From Bispira polyomma (taxonomy: Eukaryota), in assembly GCA_965649765.1 (NCBI GenBank), contig OZ287751.1, positions 76,136,001-76,200,000 of the forward strand: a stretch of DNA of 64,000 bases. The letters run 5' to 3'. Every line of letters begins with the position of its first letter. Position 1 is the stretch's first letter. The translations under genes and the position numbers were made by a program. Below the pieces are notes generated by a model. It was not told where the DNA came from and did not search any database. It was given only the letters and a program-made list of their open reading frames with translations. Below are positions 39,051-49,307 of the stretch, piece after piece.

Positions 39051-39715
39051 TCAACACGTGTATTGACAGATTGCATGGCTTAATATTTCGCAGTCTACAT
39101 TTAAACGTATATATTTTGGTGTGTATAATATTTTTTAATCTGTTTTTGACCAATATGAAGAGAAAATGTACAGCTACAGAAATATGTCTTTAGTGCAATA
39201 ATCATTCATTTTGTCTTTCCAGGTTCAAACATTTGTTGCTTTCTAAAAGTGAATTAAATGAAATCAAAAGAATAAATGGTGAGTTTGTTACTATTGTAAC
39301 TTCATTGTTACTGTATTAAAAGTGCTATAAATTGGTGAGATGGGGACAAAATTATCAAGTAACTAACATAGTTTATTTGTTTTTGTCTTGTCTAAGATAT
39401 GTTAGAAATTGAGAATTTCATTGATATGAAGACAAATACCAAGTTTGTATGTGTCCGTTTTCTTGTTCTACATTTCAACAGCTAAAGCTGGTTCTTGTCT
39501 TAATATTAAAGATGTTATCGAAATTTCTAATAAAGATTGAGTTTATTTCTATGTACTTTAAGAAATGTAAGAGTTTTCGTGCTGTACATTTAAACAGCTA
39601 AAGCGGATCCCTGCCTTCAAGTGGACAATATTGATGGGGTGAACAGAAGCCTCATGTGTAAGGGTAACAAAGGTCTGCTCTCCAAGATTGTAGCCTACAG
39701 CTTCCACTTTCAGGT

Positions 39716-39870
39716 GAGTGGTTAGAAGCGGCTGCTTCACAATGTGGGATTGAATCCCTATCCTGTTTGTTACTTCATGTGGAAAATTTGTCAGGTGCTT
39801 GCCATAGAATGGTGGTTACTTACACCATTAAAACTGGCCATCCTGATATGACCAAGCTTTTTAAAAACAC
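39716..39870 (+). mobile_element. tRNA-derived SINE abutting a splice donor
   Basis: gagtggttagaagcg..caatgtgggattgaatccc..catgtggaaaatttgtcagg..aaactggcca. Confidence 0.65.
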
Positions 39871-40019
39871 AATTAATTTAAAATGACTGTCCTAGTGTTT
39901 TACCTTATTTGTTAATAATGGACAGCTCCTGGTATAATTGACTCGCTGCATTATATTTACAGTACTGCAGGATCTAATAAGTGCCATTAAAGCCTAGTGG
40001 CCGTAATAGTGGGTAACAA

Positions 40020-40260
40020 TGAATTGTATTGTATTTTACATCACCCTATTGATGCGAGGCATCTTCTAAAGCGCAACAACAGAATCAATTCACCAATAGA
40101 GAAAATTTTTTAAACATAGCCAATGTCGTAAAGAAGGATGTTGGGGTTTACAGGCAGGGAATTAAAGGGCCTAAATGACTTTAAAGAGATGGGTTTTAAG
40201 GGTTTTTTGCAAAACCCAGAAAGTGTTTTTAGTGATCTGAGCTATGATGAATATCCAAGG
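40020..40260 (-). mobile_element. L2/CR1 LINE 3' tail fragment
   Basis: Reverse complement of the gatgcct.gcatcaat..(tacaa)n tail family. Confidence 0.65.
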
Positions 40261-40592
40261 TAAATAAATGCACTGAGTAATGAGTATAAGCTCCAATACT
40301 AAATTTTTTTTCAGGTTCTGGTTAGCGCAAGTGGTGGAGAGCTACCTCCGAGGTAGCACGTCTTACTGTGGTCTTCTTGTTACGGAGAGGCCTTCTGCAG
40401 CACATCGCCAGTAATATCGTAGACCACGACATTCGACCCAAAGAGATCCTACAAAGCAGCTTTGACCTCCTGGGAGAACTCTGTAAATTCAACGCCGAGG
40501 CCTTCAGAGCCTTCAACAAAGTGCTCAACTCCACAGAAAGGGTAGGTGGTACTGAATGAGAATTGTTTGTTTTTTTGGGGGGCTGGTGTGTT

Positions 40593-40632
40593 GATTCCAA
40601 TAGCAGAATGAGGAGTTTTTTTTTACAGAGAT
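40593..40632 (+). pseudogene. Truncated subfamily A snoRNA copy
   Basis: gattccaatagcagaatgaggagtttt..tacagagat and then homology stops; C box mutated; guide and D box lost. Confidence 0.7.
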
Positions 40633-40776
40633 GGTTGGATAAATCTGTTTGTTACAAATAGCCTACCTCCACGCATTCGGAAATTTATTGTATTTTTCGT
40701 AATTTGATTCAGTGGCTTTTGTCTAATCCTGATAACAAACAGGGACGAAAAACTAATCTCCTTGACAAAGGTGTTA

Positions 40777-40867
40777 ATTCTAATAGCAGAATGATGAGTT
40801 TTACAGAGATAGGGACATACGATTGGTTACCACTGATTTCATCTCTCTGTACTGATGCTACTAGAAT
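40777..40867 (+). ncRNA. SNORD74: Box C/D snoRNA, SNORD74-like, subfamily A (intronic; D' reads ACGA)
   Basis: attcta.tagca/tgcta.tagaat stem; C box 40791-97; AGATAGGGACA; D box 40852-55. Confidence 0.8.
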
Positions 40868-41605
40868 CCATTATATATTGTTTCACATATTCTGGTGAAG
40901 AGTCTAAATTGCGTGAACACTTTTGATTGACTTCTAGCATTGACCTTTGGGGGAATTTTACTAAAAATATGGAGTTTAATCTTTGAGTCCCTATTATATT
41001 TGCCATACAAACTGATATGAAAACTTGTGACTGTGGTTGCCCTTTGTGGAATTTTGACTTAAAATTCTGACCTCCATGTATTGCACATGGTCAACACATT
41101 CTTGGCCTTTACAGTTAAAGTTCGATATTTATATATGGCGTACTAACAGATGCGACCTTAACATTGTTGGAGGTCAAAAAACCATTGTGAGTGGATGTTT
41201 GACTTTGGTATTTTGCCTTGTCCTTGTAACTTGCATCTGTTTTGTTTTTTTTCAAAGGTTTAGTCATAAATGAAATAATAATGACAATTTTTTTACTAAG
41301 AATGCCACATTTAATTAACAATGGTTCAGGTCCATCTTCAATTCAGCTGCTGATGAGGTAGATAAGTAGTACTGTAGCATTGATATCTTCTACATCAAAT
41401 TGTACAAATTACTTCGCCTCGTACATAATCTGGTTATTTAGAGTTTCAAGAAGTTAATTTATTAGTAGGGCCGCTTGAACCGGTAGTGATTCTTGATATA
41501 ATATTTTTAAGTGAAGCCCAAGTGTAACCATAGTACTCATACAAGTTCAGATTTATAAGGCTGCAAGTGTGTCCATGACTTTATGCCTTTCTATATAAGA
41601 GGGTA

Positions 41606-41688
41606 CCAGCAGCAAAATGATGTTTTACAGAGATAGGGACATATGATTGATTAACACTGATTTCATCTCTCTGTACTGACGCTTCTGG
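41606..41688 (+). ncRNA. SNORD74: Box C/D snoRNA, SNORD74-like, subfamily A (intronic; C box degenerate ATGATGT)
   Basis: ccag.agc/gct.ctgg stem; AGATAGGGACA-T-ATGA; D box 41676-79. Confidence 0.65.
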
Positions 41689-41970
41689 AATCCTTTAAAA
41701 ATGGTGGAATTTAATGAATGGAATCTGGTATATTTTGTTACTTTGGTCCTCTGTTGACTTGAGGACAAAAATGCCATTTTGAAACATTTCATATATTGTA
41801 AAAATTATAAATATTTTGATGTTCTGAAGGAATATGAGACGTGTATGAAAATGTAAACCTTTTCACTGGCCGGTTGTAAAGTTTTAGTAGTGGTAATCGC
41901 GATACCAGTCATTAACAGCACTACCAAATGTTATTACAGTAGTCATATTTCAAGGATCCTGCTGGGTTTA

Positions 41971-43162
41971 TTGTATCCACCGATCAGGTGGATACTTTGG
42001 TTTAGTGTTGGCTACGCCGCCGCCGTAGAGAGATTTTACTCGTTAACACTCTCAGCGGAAAACTAGACCAGCTAGCTTCACTAAATTTGCAGGATATCTT
42101 CATTGGGAGGTAAGCTTCTCTGCGACTGAAATTAGCCTCATTCTGAAAAACAAGATGGCCGCCATCGGCATTACTTTGAAAATTATCCACCTTTTTCTAC
42201 TGGCTGGTTCTCGTAACTAGAAGGTTAAATCTCTTCATAGGTGATATGTATAAAAGATATATATGTCCTCTGCAAGCATGCAGACATTTGACCTTAAAGC
42301 TCTTCATTGAAGGTCATCCACGAAGTGCCAAAGTACCCCACATAGCGAACTTTAAAGGTGCCTATATCTCCTATTATTGGTCCTAGAGGTTTGGTATGTG
42401 AAGCCTACCTATAGGAAATCATGGGCTAGGAATCTTCTGATGTGGTCAGGTTTGACCTTGGATCCCTCATTCATTGTCAAACAAGGTATCCAAACCTAAA
42501 AGTGCTTATAATTTGTTTATTATTGGTCCTAGAGGTTTGGCATGTGAAGCCTACCTATAGGAAATCATGGGCTGGAAATCGTCTGATGTGGTCAGGTTTG
42601 ACCTTGGACCCTTCATTTAAGGTCAAACAAGGTATCCAAACTTAAAAGTGCTTTTAACTCGCATATTATTGGTCCTAGAGGTTTGCATTGTGAAACCAAC
42701 TTATAGGTAATCATGGGCTGGGAATCTTCTGTTGTGGTCAAATTTGACCTTGGGCCCCTCCATCAAGGTCATACGAGGGTAGTTAAACTTAAAAGTCCTA
42801 ATAACTCGCTCATTATTGGTCCTACAGTTTTGAGATGTAAAAGCAACCTATAGGAAATCATGGGCTGGTAGTCTTCTGATGTGGTCAGATTTGACCTTGG
42901 GCCCCTCCATCAAGGTCAAATGACAAAAGCCAAATTTAAAAGTGCTTATAACTGGCTTATTGGTCCTACAGGTTTCAAATGTAAAACCAACTTCCAGATA
43001 ATCATGGGCTGAGAATATTTTGATGTGGTCAGATTTGACCTTGAGCCCCTCCTTTAAGGTCAGACGAGGGTAGCCATAGCTTGGGTACTTCCTACCTAGG
43101 GTGCTCTGTCTTTCTGGTGGATACAAATATGCATCGGTTTTCCCATGCACTAGGTCTAGTTT
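41971..43162 (+). mobile_element. Complete Helentron-associated element (HINE-like) with ~5 tandem ~146-bp units
   Basis: 5' subTIR ttgtatccacc with adjacent inverted copy ggtggatac; (gcc)n; units at ~42376, 42522, 42668, 42815 and 42959; 3' subTIR ggtggatacaa (43116-26); hairpin tgcatcgg..ccatgca; ctagttt end in T-rich flank. Confidence 0.85.
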
Positions 43163-44231
43163 TACTTGTTGTTTTTTTTTTTACTTTCTTCGCCTTCTAG
43201 TTCCCAATACATCAAAGCTAAATGTAGTGTTGGTTAAATTCAAAATTAAACATCACATTTTTTGTGTCTGCAAAATACCTTAGGAAATTTCTAATCTCAG
43301 TCTTCTTCGACACATATATTCATTGAAACTGGTTAAATGTTAAATTATTTCCAATCCAGCACGTTAAATTTCATTTTGTTAACTTTCAAAAGTATATTTC
43401 ACAGCAATAAAATCAAAAGAAGAAATAGGGATTTAAAATAGTACACTATTAAGAATCGTGGTACTTTGTTTTTATCCTGTTTTAGGTGAATGTAAATTTA
43501 AGCTTCCTGAAGCATGATGTTAACTACATAACATGTTGGGGTTTCTTTTACAGCTAGAGAAGTTTTTGGAAGTTGTCAACCGTAATCTGGTCGACTCCAA
43601 CATGTTCATCCGCTCTCTGATTCTGTCGTACGAGCATTTTAACAACAATCAATCTGAGTTCAAAGGTCAGTATGTGTGTATAACTAACATTCAGTTCTGG
43701 ACCAGCATTCTGTTTGAAGGTACTTTCATGAAAGACATACTGTAAATAACTTATAGGATGTAATTTTAATGGAGTAAAGTTACAGTTAAAAAAAGTCTGT
43801 TTGGATTCCATAATACAACCCAAAAAAATACACCCAGATATTCCCAATCAAACAAACATGCCTCGAGGGATGGGAAGTAGTCAAAAAGGAGGCATATTCC
43901 TTTTCATTAAATAAGCAAAGTAAATCTAGGCCCAAAGGAGTTTGCACATTATTTAATGAAGAAGCAATCTTTATGTAGTGATAATCTCTTCCACAAGTAT
44001 TGCTATATGCACTGTGTAGGGAATATGTGTACATTGTGGATGTGAAGAAAATTCTTTTAAAAGATAAGTGGGAAAAATCAATTCTTCTATTCATCTAGTT
44101 ACTGTGTTTATCTGGACGATCAGCCTTGGCCTTTTAGCTCATACATAATGTGGTGAATTTTTATGAGACTAAAATGCAGTTGTTTACATATATATGACAT
44201 AATTATTGTAAGAAGAAGAATTTGGAGTTGT

Positions 44232-44321
44232 TGCCACTGTAAAAAAATGATGATTACTACATAGATAGGGACAGATGAAAACACATGATTTCATTCTCTA
44301 TGTCCTGATTCTGCAGTGGCA
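44232..44321 (+). ncRNA. SNORD74: Box C/D snoRNA, SNORD74-like, subfamily B copy 5 (intronic)
   Basis: tgccactgta/tgcagtggca stem; C box 44247-53; TAGATAGGGACA-G-ATGA; D box 44305-08. Confidence 0.85.
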
Positions 44322-44753
44322 GTAAGATTAAGTAATTTTTTTACAGCTTAAACTGAGTCAAGCTTTAAAAACTTAAACTCAAATACATCATGTTTATGCA
44401 TATGTTAGAAAGTTTGGTAGTAGATTTGCTGAAGTCAGTGGTGTGCAGTTCAGGATGTTGAACAACTAGTCTGTTCTTTTTTCCTCCACATGTAAAGCTG
44501 CTTGTCAGGATATAATACTCAGTTGTGAAAAGTCATGTTAACTCCAGTTTAAATGAATCCACCTAAAGTGTAACTTATATGCCACCTTGATTTCTTTATG
44601 AATGTGAATAGCCTGGATAGGTTACACCTTAGTGTAATAGATGTATCGGTGAGGAACTCAAACATAAATTTGTCCGATTATAGATCTCGTTATCGCACAA
44701 AGATGAGGCACTCAATATTATAAATCATTGTGCGTTTCATCAGTATAGGCCCA

Positions 44754-44972
44754 GGGGCCGCGGTGATCTAGTGGATAGAAGCACTTGCTAATAATCATCG
44801 GTCTTTCACCAATGTGGGTTTGAATCCCTTTCATTCCTTTATGTCGGTAAGTTGGCCAGGTACTTGGATAGGTTGGTGGTTTCCAGTGCTCCAGCACTGA
44901 TTTATTCCACATCAAGTCTGGTCATCACAATATAGCCTAAGCTGTTGAAAGCGACTTAAAACCCAACTAAAT
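44754..44972 (+). mobile_element. tRNA-derived SINE, full length
   Basis: ggggccgcggtgatctagtgg (A box), ggtttgaatcc (B box), conserved core, and gttgaaagcgacttaaaacccaactaaa tail. Confidence 0.8.
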
Positions 44973-47900
44973 TGAAATTCAAGACAGGCCGAGAAGAAAT
45001 CAATGTTTTTGAGTTCACATGACACTCTTGTGAGGACTATTGTAGTTGTAATCCATTGTACTCGTGTACTGTATCCAATAACTATGAAAACTTGTGTATT
45101 TTAGACTATTCCAACAGAGAAAGTCCCCTGCTGATGCATGTAGCAAACTTTGAGACGCAGATGACATACCTTCAGAAACTCATTCATGTTATCAATGTCC
45201 AGAATCTCACACAAGTAAGTTGTACAGGCTGATGTCAGTGAGGATTATTTATTGTTTGCCCCATATACAAGGGTATATCATCGGTATAGCTTGCTTGGGT
45301 TTGGTTTTCTGCCCGATCTGGTCAATAAAGATGGCCGCCCAATTGTAACAATGCCTAAACAGGTTCTGCTCATTTAAAGGAAAGGATTGCAGATATTGTC
45401 ATGAGATTTAATACATATACATGGGTTTATCACGGGTATAGCTTGCTTGGGAGTTGATTTCTGTCTCTGACATTGTCTGAACAATGGAGCATTCACACAT
45501 GATTATCTGTACATTTTTTAACCAAAGAACCCTCTCCTGTTCCTATATCTCACAGCCTGCACAGAAATATGTCCCTTTTGCGCTAATTTGTTTTTGTCTG
45601 TGTTCATTGGTTGGTTGGTTGATCACTATGATTTCATTCATATTAGAAATATTACAAAGTCAAGGGGTTTGTACAAATAGAAGAAGTCCTTGGCAGTTTC
45701 ATTTCCACTGTGCAAGGCCTTGTAAAGTGCTTGTTTTTCACAGTTCTTGAATTTAACTTGTGGCATCAAAATCTGTATAAACCTGGCATTAAATAATCTA
45801 TCTTTTGGTTGAGCTTGGGGAGAAGGTGCCTTATGTTGAGCCAAATACAAAATTTCTGGTTTTGTATGTTACATAATAAGGTCGGTATGTTAATTAAAAT
45901 GTAATTATCTGTGTATTAGTTCAATTGAAGCTTAATCGGGGACACATGATTTGATTTATTTCAGGAGAATGTCAGTTGTCTCAACACCACTCTAGTCTTC
46001 CTGATGTTTGCAAACCGCAACTCAAGTATACCCAGGTGAGTGATACCATTATCACTGGAGTAAGAAGAGTAATGGCAGACAGAAAAACTAGTACTATTCA
46101 TACATGAAGGGACAAGAAAGTAAACTGTTACATTACAGCATCTTATCACTTCTCTATATCTATGTGTAATCATACAACAATTGAACCTCTAATAGAATCT
46201 GGATGCAACCTATTAACCGAAGACTTGTCTCTATTGATTTAGTTTGAATTAGTGCCACTATCACTTACGTTTTAGGAAACTGGTTTTTGTTTGCAAGTTA
46301 TCGACGGAACACCGGTAAATTTCGTTTTTACTTATAAAAAAGTACTTTTCTACGGCAAATGCCATTCGACTGTATTTCCTGTTTTCCTGTCAAAACACCA
46401 AGAAAGTTAACATGCACTACACAAACACAAAAAATACTAAAGGAAAGTTATTAAAGTGGTAAAATATGACCAAATCATGGGAAATTATATATTTTACTGC
46501 AGAAATGCAAGTTTCTTAAAAAAACCGGTATCATTAGATATGAACCGTATGTTGTTTGTTTTGCGTATAGCGAAACAAACTGCTTTACCGATATTCCGTT
46601 AACACTAGTTTGAATTTCACAGCGCTTTTAGCATGCTTGTGTCTATCACGACGGAGAGTGATGGAAGGAATCGGGGCAGGGTAGTTGCTACTGTATTACT
46701 AGAGTGCATAAATTCCCCAACACACATAGTTGGACTCTGTATTCTGTGTATTTGTCGGGTACCTACACTATCTGATGACCACCCTATGTACATACTCCTA
46801 ATACAACATGATTTTGGCTCGGGTGCACGAGTTACCCGTACATATACTCTCTGTATTAACCAGGTATATAAATAGTCCAGTACATGCATTCGTATCAGTG
46901 TTGCTAGTGGTGTGCTGGTATCCCGCATTTGATTTCATTTTGGACAAATTTGTGATCAGCGCTAGGATAAAGTGTTCAGAACCGGCTGATGATAATATTA
47001 ATATTTTACTATTTTGAATGCAGATGCAGACGTAATTTTATGAAACAAAATGGCACTATTATGCACAGATTTGTGTATGAGTTTAGAAAGTTTTTGAGAT
47101 TGCATTTCCTGTTGAATATTATAGCTCACGTACACCTGTTATACACTTCATCAGGAGACTGACATGAAACATAATTTTTAGAATTTCATCTTACGATTAC
47201 ACCAGCAAGTCTTTACTGTGTTTTACCCAGATACCTACAAAGTCTGACTTTTCTTTGTTACAGTACCTCTATACACATAGTCTCACTTTTAACACTTTTA
47301 CTCTCATTGTATTTTACCCAGGTACCTCCAGGGACTGATGACAACCAAGTCTCCGCGTGGTGACTGTATCATGGACATGACACTGATGAGGAACTTCAGG
47401 GACTTGCTGATCTTCTGGCAGGATCACTACCTACATAAAGACGAGGACTGCAGTGCACTGGAAAAGGTACACCACATCAAATCATACTCCAACTTCTACA
47501 AAATATAATATTCAGTTAATGAAGACATTTGCTCTCTCCCAATATTTTATAAACCTCCATCATCCGAACAATATGTTCCTCTCCCGATATGTTCGGAGAA
47601 AGAGGTTCCTACTATTTCAATTTCAATTATTAAATGGCAATTATATTTAAGTATTCCCTTAAAAAAGGCACAAAAACCTTGTTGCAATTAGTAGAGTGAA
47701 ATTTCTGTGGAATTTTCATGCAGCTAAAATTTCTACTAGTACTGCACAGAAAGGTTTACAGACTTATAACACTGATTCTTCATAGCCAGATAAAATGTTA
47801 TTTGAGTTCGATCAAAAGTTGTAACATTTATCTCGTCATTTGCAGAGTTCGCGTATACAGTTTGACTTCTGGAAAGCTACGGTCTCCAAACTTGTTGAGG

Positions 47901-49283
47901 ACAACCGAGAACTGAAAACAGCCATAGTTCATTACCTAGAACCAGATTACGAGCGTGTTAGCTGATTGACCAAGACACGTCATGTGACTAACTACTCAGC
48001 CAGTGCTTTCAGCGTCCCACCTCAATAAAACGTGATTGGTACGAGAGACTTTCGTGGAGAAAGAAAGTGGAAATCTTGAGTTAAACGAGGAGTCAAATTT
48101 GCAAGAGTTGCATCGACTGATTTGTATTGGTCCTCAATCTTCCAAAGATAGTTACAAAAACCGTTGCCTTAAGTATTTATTTAGTTAGTATTAATTGGTA
48201 CGTATACCAAGAAAAGGTTACCAGGAAGAAAACCAAAAGTTGTTGGTCTACACATATATATTATTGCAAGTAATGCAGCTTTACCCTGACTGTGAAACAG
48301 GCATCATTACACATATCTTTGTGACTTGTGGAAGCAAAGACCGCTCACTTTTAGTGGATTAAAAAAAACAAACAGTTTTATGAAAAGTGATTTTAGTTCT
48401 GCGGCCTAACGATGGGTGAAGTCTTCCAAGAGTGGTTTTAATCAAACTGTGGCGAAACAAAAAAAAAAAAAAAAACTTTTTATTTGTAATACTTAATGTA
48501 AAAAAAAAATAGAATTTTTAGAAATGTCTGAGTTTGCACATTCAAATTGCTTTTCTAGGTTCATGCCAAAGATCAAAGCTAGCTCAGTTGTGTTTATATT
48601 TGTGTAGATGTACATTTTATATGAACATTTGTCTTGTCAAGCATATCGATGTTTATTACTGCCAGGTTTTTAATGTATTTCTTGAATATATTTACATTCG
48701 ATATATGAACAAGAATTAAATGCAAGACAGATTAGTGGTTATGTGGACATTTTTTAAAACCTATTTATATGTAGTGGAACGTGTATGAATTTTATCGTGC
48801 TGGACAAAATATTTTAATCTGTATAGTAATTTTTTAAACCGATAGGTGTGTTTGTATTCAAAATGAATTTCTTCAGGGTAAATTATTATCAAAAATTAAA
48901 GCAAAGTCGGGGAAATTATAAAAAAAATATGCAGTCATACTAAGCTAATCCACAACCTATTATCTGGTGAAAAGTGAACAATTTTTCTTGTACTGTGATA
49001 GTTTAAAAAATGTAGTTTAAGTACTTTCCAGTTTAAGCGGTTTGTTATTATAGAGTAGACAACATAAAATTTAATTAATTAACAAATGCATTGTGCTTTA
49101 TTTGTTATTGATATTGTAGGAAATTTTTTCGTAAATGTTTTTACTCAATGAAGTTATAATATTGTTGGATTACCTTCATTTGTTATAAACATATTGTCTT
49201 TTTTTATACTTCTATTAAAATCCTGTACAAAACTGTATTTTATAGGATATGTTTTTATTTAAAACAGTATGAACAATTATTAA

Positions 49284-49307
49284 AATAAACTTATTTTATA
49301 AAATAAA
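49284..49307 (+). promoter_or_regulatory. Candidate polyadenylation signals of the TRPC4AP-like transcript
   Basis: Two AATAAA hexamers followed by GT-rich gtgtcttgtttt at the end of an AT-rich, repeat-free 1.3-kb stretch; a proximal AATAAA also lies at 48024. Confidence 0.4.

Larger units (their letters stand above)
38200..47965 (+). pseudogene. TRPC4AP: TRPC4AP (TRUSS) partial copy, C-terminal half, two frameshifts; exons 38200-38254, 38671-38729, 39223-39278, 39598-39713, 40315-40541, 43554-43665, 45105-45214, 45965-46035, 47322-47466, 47846-47965
   Basis: Spliced translation gives CECSP|EVALKIQFLRLVHSFCDH, LMCKGNKGLL, FWLAQVVESYLRG, FLLRRGLLQH, LQSSFDLLGELCKFN, LVDSNMFIR, INVQNLTQ|ENVSCLNTTLVFLM and FWQDHYLHKD, matching vertebrate TRPC4AP as I recall it. 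All introns are GT-AG. Frameshifts at ~39693 and ~40370; no N-terminal exons recognised. Confidence 0.85.

Noticed and set aside
41349-41400. CTGATGAG as a hammerhead ribozyme core
   Set aside because: No stem II closed by GAAA and no matching cleavage-site helix is visible.
33810-44321. Regularly recurring conserved motifs as a CRISPR-like array
   Set aside because: The context is eukaryotic, spacers are 0.5-2.7 kb and mutually homologous, there are no cas genes, and C/D snoRNA architecture explains the repeats.
44754-44830. tRNA gene
   Set aside because: A and B boxes are present but there is no cloverleaf, and it continues into a SINE core and tail shared with other copies.
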